Shown in pieces: positions 1-14,444 of a stretch of 64,000 bases of DNA. Source of the stretch: Eledone cirrhosa (lineage: Eukaryota); NCBI GenBank assembly GCA_964016885.1, contig OZ024743.1, positions 114,452,001 to 114,516,000 of the forward strand, in the 5' to 3' direction. Numbering within the stretch: the stretch's first letter is position 1; each line of letters opens with the position of its first letter. Both the position numbers and the translations under genes were made by a program. Under the pieces are notes generated by a model, which saw only the letters and a program-made list of their open reading frames with translations, searched no databases and was not told the DNA's origin.

Positions 1-296
1 AAGAGTTGCCATTGTTGGTGTAGAAGCCATCACCACTTTCTTTACAATTTAATGTAAGCGCTTCTGAAGCACTAGAACTCCACTAGACAGTAGCCCAAAC
101 TGACCCTTGACCTTATAAGAAGCAGGGTGATTTTCTGGGACGTTTTTTTAAAAAAAGGTGCCTCTTGTAAGCCGTCAAATACGATACATGTGTGTGTGTG
201 AGAGAGAGAGAGAGCGAGAGCGAGAGTGAGTGAGAGAGTGAGTGAGAGAATGCATATATATATATATATATATATGTGTGTGTATAGATAGATGTG

Positions 297-366
<70 letters not shown>

Positions 367-401
367 TATAAGTATTAATAAAATAGATGTTCTTTTGATC
401 A

Positions 402-464
402 ATTACATTTTATTATACATATTTCGGATGTACAACAGTACGTCCTCATCAGACAAAATATAAT
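402..464 (-). ncRNA. Minimal type-I hammerhead ribozyme (mirror copy of 516-578)
   Basis: Reverse complement of 516-578 within the palindrome. Confidence 0.8.
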
Positions 465-515
465 GATACATGACATACCCTGAGATGTTAAACATCTCAG
501 GGTATGTCATGTATC

Positions 516-578
516 ATTATATTTTGTCTGATGAGGACGTACTGTTGTACATCCGAAATATGTATAATAAAATGTAAT
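516..578 (+). ncRNA. Minimal type-I hammerhead ribozyme
   Basis: ATTTTGT-CTGATGA-GGACGTAC(TGTT)GTACATCC-GAAA-TATGTATA|ATAAAAT; stem I 516-527/567-578; predicted cleavage after 566. Confidence 0.8.
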
Positions 579-720
579 TGATCAAAAGAACATCTATTTT
601 ATTAATACTTATATTTTAATATTAATAACTCCTGAAAATTATTTTTCGTTGAGTGCTTCCAATCTACTGTAAAACTCATTCTTTGACATAATCATCGAAT
701 ATTGTTTAACAACTTAATAT

Positions 721-806
721 ATATATATATATATATGTATATATTTACATATGTGTGTGTCTATATATGTGTGTGTGTCTATATGTGTGTGCATCTATAT
801 ATGTGC

Positions 807-838
<32 letters not shown>

Positions 839-1008
839 GTGCGTGTGTGTGTAAATGTGCATGTGTGTGTATATATATGTGTATGTGTGTGTGTATGTGT
901 GTGTGTGTATATATGTGTGCGTGTGTATATGTGCGTGTGTGTATACATATGTGTGTGTGTATATATGTGTGTGTGTGTGTATATATATGTGTGTGTGTGT
1001 GTATACAT
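721..1008. repeat. (TA)n/(TG)n compound microsatellite
   Basis: Directly visible; source of the spurious Y/T/H and C/V ORFs. Confidence 0.95.
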
Positions 1009-1129
1009 AATCAGGCGAATGGTATAAAATCATGTGTGCGAGTGAAAGCGCGTGTTGTTTGGGTCCTCCTCCTTTTTATTCACCCACTTACTCATGACAT
1101 GTCTTGGTGGCAGAGTCCTCTAAATAGAT

Positions 1130-1640
1130 CCGACTGGGTCCCCAAGCGAGACCAGTCGAGCTTATGGATGTTATCCAACCGTATCACGGTCTATTCCTGG
1201 GTATCTTGCCAGATTCTCTTGCCATAATATCGGAGCTGTGATCTCTCTATTCGGAGACGTAGTTGCACTACTTGCAGCAACTCTTTGATTTCCAAGCTAC
1301 GCACTCTATCAAGTTATCGTTGCTCCAAAGACCCTTCGGAGGAACTCCATTTCGGCCACTTGTGTCTGTGGCCCTTAAATTTAATTTAAATAATTCTCTA
1401 AGCGTCCCACCGATAAAGAGAGCAACAACCAGGTCACCCTGGCTATATTTATCCATTTTCGTCAAAGAACCGACAAAATAAAAATGCCAATGACCTTCTC
1501 CATATTCCCCTTCCTCCACCTCCCTCTTATGTCACAAAGAAACCTATCGGCATGAAGTTAGCTACGCGCGAGCTGGAATATCTCTTCCAGTGCATCTCCC
1601 TCACCAAACTCCGAGGGAACGTCTTCTCTATTGTCCGCCA
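1130..1640 (+). pseudogene. Highly decayed C-terminus of a CRE-like (restriction-like endonuclease) non-LTR retrotransposon
   Basis: SNRITVYSWV resembles PDGxTxxPW; 1545-1638 reads IGMKLATRELEYLFQCISLTKLRGNVFSIVR, similar to 14340-14444. Confidence 0.45.
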
Positions 1641-1775
1641 GGACCGCGGGGCGGCAGTGCGTGGGCCCACATTTGCTTATAATAATGAGAGATGGGGAGA
1701 ACGGGAGAGACGGGGGCAGTGAGAGTTTGGTTCCATTGTGTTCGGACCTGATGTATATGTATATATTTATTTACC

Positions 1776-2050
1776 AGACATACAATACAACAGGAGGAAA
1801 CGATAGCACCACTGACGATGTTGCAGATGTGCAACGAAAGATTTATGATAAACTATATATATGTGTTTGTGTCTATATTGTATCTGTATTATGTTTGACC
1901 GTCGGTCAGTCAATGGCAACATTGAGGACCGAGTAAGTTAGATTACCGATATAAAAGACACAGAAGCGAGAAGCGAAAACCAATCAAACAGTGAGTGTGT
2001 TCTGTTATTAATTCTGGCAATATTACACAAATATGACCCTCCCCAAGTAT

Positions 2051-2055
<5 letters not shown>
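1776..2055 (+). mobile_element. Solo PLE pseudo-LTR with degenerate HHR (1803-1856)
   Basis: Homologous to 51533-51785; CTGACGA-T-GTTGCA..TGCAAC-GAAAGATTTA; ends ACCCTCCCCAA then (TA)n. Confidence 0.7.
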
Positions 2056-2584
<529 letters not shown>

Positions 2585-3344
2585 TACTCAAAAACTTGAA
2601 AATATCTTAATCTGCCTGTAAAACGTTACTCAATTATTTAGCAAAATTTACTCATAAGAAGAAATAAATTTTGATATGCCCAATTTCTATGGCGTCAACC
2701 ATGACATTGCTATGTCTGAGGTTAGCCTGCTTTGCATAGTCGAATGTAGCGATATTTTAAAGTAACTTTTATGAGGAATATGTGTAAATTTAAGGAAAAT
2801 GATGGCAGTAACTTTTGAAAGGAAGACAGCATGGCTATATAACCTTTGGCGCATTCATCAGCTTAGGTTATTGGTAAAATATCTATTCTAATGGAAAACT
2901 GACAGAAAATGTAGTAAAAGTAATGAAATCGAAAGCAAAAACAAATACAGAAGAAGAGGACATGATATTTGTTCCTTTGTTCTGGACAAAGGAGCTCGTT
3001 ATCTAACATTCAGATCTGAGCTCCATCTATCGGTGCATGATCATAACAATATATAATCTCACCACAATTCTGGTCTAAATAAAGATACATAAATTACTGA
3101 GATTATTCTGTTGTAACTCAAAGTTTCATGGGTTACAGTTGATTAATCAGAACCCAGAAATTGCATTTAGTTATATATAAAAATCTCTGCTTTAGTATTA
3201 TGTACATTTTCATCAGGTTTCCAACCTATTAGTAGAGTATAGGCATGTTTATTTTATTTAGAAATGACTTCTACGGGATTAGAACTATTTCATTCGTAAT
3301 GAAATCATCAGGAATGTCTGGCCTAATAATTCTATTCCAGTAGA

Positions 3345-3409
<65 letters not shown>

Positions 3410-3622
3410 TATTGTTGCTCTGAAATAGCGATGTATATATGAATGTATGTATTGCAGAGAATAAGTAAGTGACACAGTCACTACTTTAAAATTCATAGCG
3501 AATGGTTCTCAAAATGTTTTAAATCAAACATAGAGTATATTATCAAATATACTATATATATATATATATTGGCTTCTTGCTCACATTAATTTCTCTATAT
3601 TCATTTATATATAGATATATAT

Positions 3623-4003
3623 TGTCCCCACATCACCAACACCACCACCTTCCAGGGTCCCAACGGCCACTCTCTCTCTGTCCGGCATGCCTTCCTCTGC
3701 ACCTCCTCCAACCTAGTCTACGGACTTCGCTGCAGTGAGTGCAGCGAAACCTACGTCGGACAGACTGGACGTTGCCTGGCGGACCGGTTCACCGAACACC
3801 TCCGAGATATTCGTCTTGGTGGTAGTTCCCCCATCGCCCGGCACTTTGGTGCCCCTGGACATTCCGCGCACCACCTCACAGTCTGTGGCCTACTCCAATG
3901 CCACGGAACACCCGCCACTCTCCTCAGGGTCAAACAACGAACCATCTTCACCCTACAGACCCACACTCCCCCCGGCCTGAACTCCCCACCCTTATTCCTT
4001 TAG
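3623..4003 (+). pseudogene. 5'-truncated Neptune-type PLE GIY-YIG endonuclease domain (open frame without a start codon, absent from the ORF track)
   Basis: Manual translation: CPHITNTTTFQGPNGHSLSVRHAFLCTSSNLVYGLRCSECSETYVGQTGRCLADRFTEHLRDIR...PIARHF...IFTLQTHTPPGLN..* (LVY-x-CxxC-x-YVG, R, EH and GLN motifs). Confidence 0.88.
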
Positions 4004-5506
4004 CCTTCCACCGCCCCCCTCCCGTCCACACATATCTCCCACTAACACCACTAACACACCCCTCCTTTTCACCGCCCACCCCACAACTAACAATACTAAC
4101 ACCTCCACCCCACACCCGACCACCCTTCCGCAACTAGCATACTAACATACCTCCCTTCTTCTCCTCCCCTCCCCTTATCACACGCACACACCCACCGGTA
4201 CATATATACACGCGCTCACACTAAACACACACTCTACTACCACCACTAACCCTCACCCCCACACATCCACCCCACCACCCCGCAAACAACATCACTAACA
4301 CACCCGACCCCACACACACGAACACACACGCCCACTTACACCACCCACTCTACACGCAACTAACATCACTAACACCCCCCAACCCTACGCACACGAACAC
4401 ACACACCCACTTACACCACCCACTCTACACACCCTACCACCACTGACCCCCACTCACCTGCATTCAACCCTTTCCCCACCACCAGTATACTAACACCCAC
4501 TAACACCCCCTTCACCACATACACACTCATCCAAACACGCACACACACACCAGTACACTACACTCCCTACACCGGCCCCCACACCCTTCTCTCCCCGCTC
4601 CACCCACACCCACACATCCCACTAACACCTCTACTAATACACACACACTCTCCTCACTCCAACTTTCACACCTACCCATCCTCTCCCCTGTCCACCGCAC
4701 CTCCGCATACACTGACACACCGACTTTCTTCACTTACCATTCTCCCCGACTGCTGCTATGGCCTTATCTCTGACCACCTCCCCGCACACACAGACACACA
4801 ACCATCCTCCTGCCTTGACCCTCTGACCACTTCCTGTTGCGCGCATACCCTACATCTCCCCTCTTCCGACCAACCCAACCACGGATTACACATATTGGAC
4901 ATCGATCCCTAGAATCAACCACATCCCAAGGATATTACCCAGCATTCCACCACATCCTCTACGAAACTACCTTAAGGACTCACCCACTGACATACACTAA
5001 AAAATATTTTTTTTCCCACACGCCACCTACATCCAGAACACGCATAAACACCACACACACGTGCGTACCACCACATATTTACACACTCAGCCTCCGGAAT
5101 CCTCTCCTCCCACCCCTCTGACCCCTCCCCATCCACACACGCACACACACACCGACCTACACCCCACCCCACACACACCCCTTCCTGAACATGCAACCCC
5201 GTTCTTCCCCCAACTCTTACTTTCACATACACACACACACACACACACACGTACACCTACACACACACACACACCACCTTCAGCCCTCCCCGCTCGGACA
5301 CCCCGCCTCCCTCTCCCCACTCCACCCACCATCACCCCTACACGCCCCACACCCTTCCACCACCTGTTTTATTTCTTGTTTATTTTTATTTTTATTATGC
5401 TTTTATATTTAATTTCATTTGTACCATTTCTTCTCACCCCCTTTTTTCTATATGTCTCTCCAGCACTCCCCTACACACCCTTGAAACTCTCTTCCCACAC
5501 ACTTTT

Positions 5507-5539
5507 CACCTGAAGAAGGGCTTATGCCCGAAACGTCGT
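5507..5539 (+). ncRNA. Minimal (stem-III-less) hammerhead ribozyme of PLE pLTR
   Basis: CAC-CTGAAGA-A-GGGC(TTAT)GCCC-GAAACGTC|GT; stem I is very short here. Confidence 0.75.
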
Positions 5540-5625
5540 TCCCCACCACCACCCCACTCTCAAGAGCGTGAAACTAATAAACCTTTGTTCGTACTGCCTC
5601 TCTGTTTTGTTCCCGTTCAATTTTT

Positions 5626-5670
<45 letters not shown>

Positions 5671-7054
5671 ATGTGTATACACAGAACAAGAGCCAAAGTT
5701 GAGCATACCTCCAGAATAGCGCTTCAGGCGCTTATACGAGTTATTGCATACACACACACACACACTCTCTCTCTCTCTCTATATATAAATATTCATATGT
5801 GTGTGTGTGTGTATGTGTGTGTATAAAAGAGGCCCAGAAGCTATGGTAGAAGACAATTGACTAAAGTGCCGCGTTGTATAGATTGAGCCCAGGCTCACGT
5901 GATTGCAACACAAACTCTCTCAACCGCACTCCAATGACTGTACGAAACATGGAGGAAAGTGAATATGGTGATGATTAATTTAGCCTGAAAGGAAGGTGAC
6001 AAATATCCGAAAATATGTTTACATAATTGAATTGTTTCTCAAAAATAATTCCAGTAAATTTCATGCATTTACTAGTTTTTTTCTGACAATAAATGAGCCG
6101 TGTTGTTATATGTGTTTTTACCGTTATTAGCTTCGCTGTTTAAACATTAATACATGTAATTAAAACTTGTTAATTTCCCATGTGATTGATAGCTTGTTAT
6201 CTGAAATATCGTTTTGCTTTTCAAAACCTATTCCTATTGGCTACACTGAAAAATTAAAGGCAACACCTTCTCTAGACAAATACGTCTGTTTATTCTCTGA
6301 GGCAACCATTGTTTCAAAAGTATATGGCCAAACATATAAACTTATGGGTTTGCATGGGCTTTATTGAAAATTTCACCTCCATGAAGTTAGTGTAGATTTA
6401 TGGAAAGTCAAATAAATAAGATAATGTGCGCTAGATATTAATAATATATTTTACGTTTCTGCAGTCTGGAATTTTATTTTATTTATAATTTCAGATTGAG
6501 CTGTGTATCGTTTGGGGCTATATATTGCAGACGAAACTGTACAGGTGGATATGACAGCACAGCAACCAAAATATTAAAAGGAAATAAAACAATAAACAAA
6601 AAGCTATGTTTGAAAATGTAAAATGACATGCTAATATAAAGCATTGATAGGAATAGCATCGCAATATTCAATATAAATGAGTACATAAATAATTGAATAA
6701 ATGAAACTATCAAAATATGTCAACATGCTCAAAATATATCACTGAAATATATTTTGAAAATTATAAACAAAAAAGCACAAGTTATATATACACAGGTGAC
6801 GATTTAATCGACTTTTCTCTCTCTACAAACAGCTGGTATTGTGCTAATGTTAGAAATCCTTGTCCGACAGGTTTAAGAGGAACAGATTCATAATTGACAT
6901 TTTGTATGTACTCGTGACTACTGATGAAGTCCTAAGGTCACCGTGACATACGACGACTTGGGAACTTTAGATTTGGTGGAGCCTCTCCCTTCATCAGAGT
7001 CTGAACACAGCTGATTTCTTTCAGTGAAGAGAAATAGTGGGAAGGAAAGAGAGG

Positions 7055-7125
<71 letters not shown>

Positions 7126-7394
7126 AAAGAAAGAAAGAGAGAGAGAGATAGAGAGGGGAAACGAGAAAGAGATATAGAGGAAAAACACTCAAGTACTGGA
7201 CTGGTACATTTTTGATCGGCCTCGGAGACAAAATTTTAAGTACTAGGAATTCCTCAAGCGACCAGAGAAAAGTGGACATCCCTCACATCACACAGACACA
7301 AATATACATATATATATAACAGCGATTACGTAATAAATACAATGTGGTAAAATGTTGCCTTCTGTTTCATTGCTACATATATATATCTATCTAT

Positions 7395-7600
7395 CTAAGG
7401 CGGGTAAAATTCCCGCGATCCATGGACGAGCTCTCTCCAGCGGTCTCTGTCCCTCATTATCGCTGCCATTTCCTGCATCTCCAACAGACCAGTGTCTGTC
7501 CTTAGGGCATCAACATACGTTAACCTTGGTCTTCCTCTTCTAGTGTGTCCATGTAGGGGCTTCCAAAGGAGCACTGAGTGCAATGTCAACTCTGGATGTA
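7395..7600 (-). pseudogene. 3' fragment of RTE-clade LINE ORF
   Basis: VLLWKPLHGHTRRGRPRLTYVDALRTDTG...MRDRDRWRELV is a typical RTE C-terminus; followed by a TAGA/TA-type tail. Confidence 0.8.
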
Positions 7601-7747
7601 TATATGCACTCGTATTATTTTAAAAATTAATTACTCACCACCAGAGAAAGAGGAGGGGGGAGGGATGAGGGAGGGAGAGAGAGAGAGATACGTTTCTAAC
7701 ACAGACAAGAGCTTTTCATTGTAATTTAAACATTAATTAGCTAATTA

Positions 7748-7952
7748 TGTATGTATGTGTGAGTGTGTATGTGTGAGTGCGTGTGCGTGCGCGTGTGCGT
7801 GCGTGTGTATGTGTGCGTGCATGCGTGTGTATGCGTACATGCGTGTGTATGCGTGTATGCGTGTGTATGCGTGCATGTGTGTATTTGCGTGTGTATGCAT
7901 GCGTGCATGCATGTGTATTCGTGCACGCGTGCGTGCGTGTGTGTGTGTGTGC
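7748..7952. repeat. (TG/CG/TA) alternating purine-pyrimidine microsatellite
   Basis: Directly visible. Confidence 0.95.
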
Positions 7953-9582
7953 AGATATGGATATCATTCCTTGTGTTCATCTGTTTTGAGTTGTATGTGC
8001 ATATATAAATGTTTCTACAGAATATCCATGCGTATTTATGCAGATTTTACGAGCTAAATTTTGGAACATTTTACAGCTTATTAATAGATTGTACTTGCAA
8101 TCTATAATTAGCCGTTCTATTTTATATTCTCTGGAGCCCAATCCATATGTGCTGGGGTATTTAGTAGTATACCCAACTACCCCAGTGATCTTAGTACAAA
8201 TCTAACTGTTCCCGTGTGTCCAATGTAACTCATAAGGCTTGGGTTAACCGAGGGCTATGGTAAATAACATTTAGCGAAGATGTCAGACAGTGCGATTAAA
8301 CCTAAGATCTAATATTTGCGATGCAAACTTCTTAACTATTCAGCTACATTGAGTAAGAAGGACTGGGCAAGATGCTTTGTGTGGAGTTTGAGAGGAGATA
8401 CAGAATTGATGATGAGAAATTGAAGGATGGCGTTTGTGGTATGCAACTAGTTTAAGATATATATGCCATGAATATGTGTGGTGGATTGGTTGTGCGTTGG
8501 ATATAATGCCTTGTCTCTTTACATTCAGAGTTCAAATCCCCACGAGATCAACTTTACTTTTTATCATTCCGAGGTCGATAAATTAAAGTACGGGGTATAA
8601 TTTAATCTACTCCATCTATTTTTCTGGTCTTGTGCCTAAATTAGAAATAAATATTTATGCCTCGAATTTTTTTTTCATTACAACCCTCTAGACATTCATT
8701 TTATCAAGCACTCTTATAAACTCGTATCTTAGAATACATTTTCCAATGTTTTTTTTGACAAATACTTACTGACATTTATATTCATAAATCGAGCAAAATA
8801 TATTCTTTAGAACATTTGTCTAAAGAAAACAAACACTTCAGTATTCAAACATTTTTTTGGTGTGTAATTCATCACAAACCATTAACATCTTTGTCATGTT
8901 TTCTTCTGTGTTATAGCTTTACAATCTATGTAATGGCTGAATTTTTAAAACGAAATTTTACTCAAGAGTATGCTAGAACATTGTATATAGCTGAATATAT
9001 AAAAAGAAAATATGTTGTTCCTTATCTGTCAAATATTTTGTAATATATTATGTATTCACAGGAATATGGTATGTCATATTGAACAATAACCAGCTCGTGG
9101 TATCGTGACTTGCTTCAAAGAACGGTTTTAAACAAAACATTTTCAAGTTAGTAATTTTGTCTCCGGAAATTATTTCCGCTTTTCTCTTTTAAACGATCTT
9201 AGCTTTGATTCATCAAATAGATCCCAGAAGCTTGTTTGGTTCTATAGTAGACATCTTATTGGTATAGATTCGAAACATGTTAAAGCTCTTCGTCGAAAAT
9301 CTTCGCTTAAAAAATTATTCATGCATCATCATAGTCTCCATACTCTAAAACTTCCTCTTTCTATTTCTTCTCATCAAAGTTCATAATAACTTTTCTGACA
9401 TCGTAGCTGTTATCTGCCTTCCTTAGGGCGAGGTTGGCAGTATCGGCAGTATCGCAGGACAAAATATTTTGCAGTACTTAGTTACGAATCTCATCCTCCA
9501 GGGGCGATAAAATGAAGTACTGGTCGATATAATTGAATTCGATCTTCTTTCAAATTGTGCCAATGTTACAAATATTTATCCA

Positions 9583-9805
9583 AGGGTGGTGGATTTGCTC
9601 TATCCATAGACAGTCGGCCAATATTCTGTGGTATTTAGTTAAGACTTTTTATGTTCTGAGCTCAAATCTCGCCGAGGTCAACTTTGCCTTTCCTCCTTCT
9701 GGGTTCGATAAAATAAACTACGAGTTAAGTACAGGTGTTCATATAACTGACTGAATTTCCTCTTCCTTCAAATGGCTAGCCTTGTGTCCATGCTAGAAGG
9801 TATTA
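9583..9805 (+). mobile_element. tRNA-derived SINE (same family as 19351-19537), diverged
   Basis: GAGCTCAAATCTCGCCGAGGTCAACTTTGCCTTTCCTCC...CGATAAAATAAA and 3' GCCTTGTG motif. Confidence 0.75.
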
Positions 9806-9898
9806 TCTGTCTTCCTTCACGCATCTCTCCCATAACTAGCAGACACATCTACCTCGACTCAAAAGATAAGGGAATGTAAGTTAAAATTATACATATAT

Positions 9899-11666
<1,768 letters not shown>

Positions 11667-11942
11667 AAGAGGGACATCCCCCCAACTATATAAACCTCAA
11701 TCTAGTTAGAAAAATATAAAAACAATTTCTTCTCAACATATATATGTATATTAATAACCTCAAATTACCACACTAATAATGGAAAGATATGCTGATGAGA
11801 ATATGTGCAAAAATGCGATAATGAATGTGTCTAAAAGCGACCATAAGTATGTATATATATGTGAAAATGTATATAAATAAGTAAATATATATATATGTTT
11901 GATGTGTATAGTTAGATGTAAGTGTATTCATGTATTAAAATG

Positions 11943-11997
<55 letters not shown>

Positions 11998-12546
11998 ATA
12001 TATATGTATATGTATATATATACACATAGACTAGAGTATGTATGTATATATGTGTGCGTCTATACGTGTGTATATAAAGATAAGTTGAGTATGAAAATGT
12101 ACACACATGAACGCGTATGTATGTACATGAATACATGTGTGTATATATATATGTATACATGTGTATATGTATGTAAGTATGAACATGTTACTATGTGAAT
12201 GTGAGTATATGTATTTTGTAGAGGGGTGCAAATATGTTTGTGTGAGAATGCGTGGGTGAAAGGATACGTACATTGGAAAGAAAAAATTTAAGTCTGAATG
12301 TTAATTAAGTGCAAACACAAAACCAACCACGGATATCTTTACTATCTCTAATCCCTCTATAGATTTAGAAAAATAACCAATAATATATTCTATAAAAATG
12401 TCAAAACAACAGATGGGAATCTAATTACTCACTGCCACCAAAAATTCTCACTGCTATCAAAAAACCACTCCCTCAACTATTCTTCTAACAACTTCACCCC
12501 TCTCTCCTAATATTCACTATAAAAACCAAACAGGTCCTCAGTAATA

Positions 12547-12667
12547 TTATTCTGATGAAATGACAGTAAATAATAACATTGAAATATTGATTGTCTGCAT
12601 AACTAATACTTTGTAGATAGCAGCTGTTTTCAGGTTATGTAAATGTTATAGAAACACGTGTCAATAA
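12547..12667 (+). ncRNA. Type-I hammerhead ribozyme with extended stem II
   Basis: TTATT-CTGATGA-(92 nt insert with ATGACA/TGTTAT at its base)-GAAA-CACGTGTC|AATAA; palindromic stem III ACACGTGT. Confidence 0.65.
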
Positions 12668-12701
12668 ATTCCTTTCAACTAAACTGTATCCATTCAAATC
12701 T

Positions 12702-12738
<37 letters not shown>

Positions 12739-12799
12739 CATACACGCACACACACGTATATATATATATATATATGATAATATTATGGGTTTCGATCGA

Positions 12800-13855
12800 T
12801 ATATGATGATTTCGATTTCGTTGTTTACAACTTGCTCAACAAATCAATTCAGAGCACACGCATAATATAAATAGTTGCATGGTAACAGTCACAAGAAGAA
12901 ATCCTTGCAGGGAAGCAGAGGAACATTAATGATTTAACAGTTTAACATATGAACACGTTAAATTACACGCAATTTCAATCATTTTAATTAGCCAATATCT
13001 TCGTCGTTTAAGACAGAAAGCTGACAGAAAACAGATGCTCCTATAGACCTGTACAACATTCTTTAGAGATAAAGAGAGAATCTGCTAATCATCGATTATT
13101 TGTAACCAATAATTAACAAATTATGGACTAACATCTCTCATCACCAACCTCTTCCAGAATAAGAACCCCAAAATATCAACCTTACTACTAAACTTTCGCG
13201 TCGCTACTAGTATACCACGTATTAGAATTAAGTTTACTGCTAAATAGTCAAAATGTTAGCAGCAGTGGCAAGTGGTAATGTTAAACATAGCAGCAAAATT
13301 TAAGAACATTTTAGGGAGTTAAATATAATAAGATTTTACACAAATATACGATGATTTCGACTTCCTTGCTTACAATTTACTCAACATATCAGTGCGGAGC
13401 ACACACACAGGATAAATAATTGCAAAGGAACAATCCCAGACAGAAACCATTTCAGTGAAGCGGGGCGAAAATTAAGGATTTAACAGTTTAACATATGATA
13501 ACGTTAAAGTACTCACATTTGAATAAGCCAGTATCTCCGTTGTTTAACACAGAAAGCTGCCAGAAAACATATTCTCCTATAGGCCTGTACAGCATTCTTT
13601 CGGGATAAAGAGAAAATCTGCTAATAGCCGATTATTTGTAAACCAATAATTAACAAATACTGGACAATTAGACCTCATCAGCAAGTTAGTCCATTATAGG
13701 AATCCCAAAATATCGGCCTTACTACTATAATTTTTTTGTCTATTGTGGTATTCTATGCGTTACAATTAAACTTACTGCTAATGAGTCAACAGGACATGAC
13801 AGCATCAGTGGCAAGCTGGGGGTAAGGCGGCAACGCTCAAAATAGCAGCACTACT
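12800..13855. repeat. Diverged tandem duplication, ~545 bp unit x2
   Basis: Shared blocks such as GATGATTTCGA, GATTTAACAGTTTAACATATGA, CAGAAAGCTG, CCTGTACA, CCAAAATATC..CCTTACTACTA, AGCA.CAGTGGCAAG. Confidence 0.8.
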
Positions 13856-13884
13856 TTCGCCAATGACGCACTCGACCGTGTACA

Positions 13885-14200
13885 GGACCAGTACTTTATT
13901 TTATCGATCCCGGAAGGATGAAAGGCAAAGTTGCCCTCGGTGGGAATATTAACTCAGTACGTAAAGAGCCGTAACTAAATGCTACAAAGCATTTTGTCTG
14001 CTGCTCTAACGATTCCGTCAATACACTACTCCGTATAATGGTTTCTAATTTAGGCACAAGTCCGCCAATTTTGCGGGTGTTGAAAATCGATTAATTGGAC
14101 CCCAATACGTAACTGGTATTTTATTTTATCGACCCCATAAAGATGAAAAGCAAATGTAACTCCGGCGGGATTTGAACTTAGAATATAAAGCATCCGAACA
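13885..14200 (-). mobile_element. Two tandem tRNA-derived SINE copies
   Basis: TACTTTATTTTATCGA..GGATGAAAGGCAAAGTT..CTCGG..AACTCAG. Confidence 0.75.
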
Positions 14201-14243
14201 AACGCCCCAAAACCTTTTACCCAACGATGTTATATATAATAAC

Positions 14244-14444
14244 CATCGGTCGCTCTCCGACAGGTTTACGGTCGAGCCCGTAGCAGTGGAGACGTCTGGT
14301 GTCCTCGGCCCTAGGACCACCTCCCTACTCACCACCATCGGCACAGAATTGGCTACCCGTAGGTGTCAGCCTCGCGAACTGGAATGACTCTGCCAGCGCA
14401 TATTTCTTACCACCCTCAGGGGAAATATCTTCTCTATTCTTTAA
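14244..14444 (+). pseudogene. C-terminal restriction-like endonuclease fragment of a CRE-like non-LTR retrotransposon
   Basis: HRSLSDRFTVEPVAVETSGVLGPRTTSLLTTIGTELATRRCQPRELE*LCQRIFLTTLRGNIFSIL* (PxAVETxG and QRxxxxxxRGN motifs; stop where W is expected). Confidence 0.72.

Larger units (their letters stand above)
358..720. mobile_element. Solo PLE pseudo-LTR present as a head-to-head inverted repeat (358-622, axis 490) with a one-sided ~100 bp extension, inserted in (TA)n
   Basis: Arms read as exact reverse complements around position 490; each arm carries an HHR; homologous to 26367-26505 and 28875-28965; TA repeats on both sides. Confidence 0.85.
3623..5628 (+). mobile_element. 5'-truncated Neptune-type Penelope-like element with long C/A-rich 3' region
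   Basis: EN remnant, ~1.5 kb C/A-rich UTR, HHR at ~5510, AATAAA at 5576-5581, TA-repeat flanks. Confidence 0.8.

Noticed and set aside
6915-7002. CTGATGAAG...CTTCATCAG inverted pair as a hammerhead
   Set aside because: No properly placed GAAA or cleavage triplet on either strand
11792-11820. CTGATGAG in the PLE 3' region (also at 41422)
   Set aside because: No stem II plus GAAA downstream
14385-14387. In-frame TGA as selenocysteine or recoding
   Set aside because: Falls at a position where Trp is expected in a truncated relic; simple TGG>TGA decay is more likely
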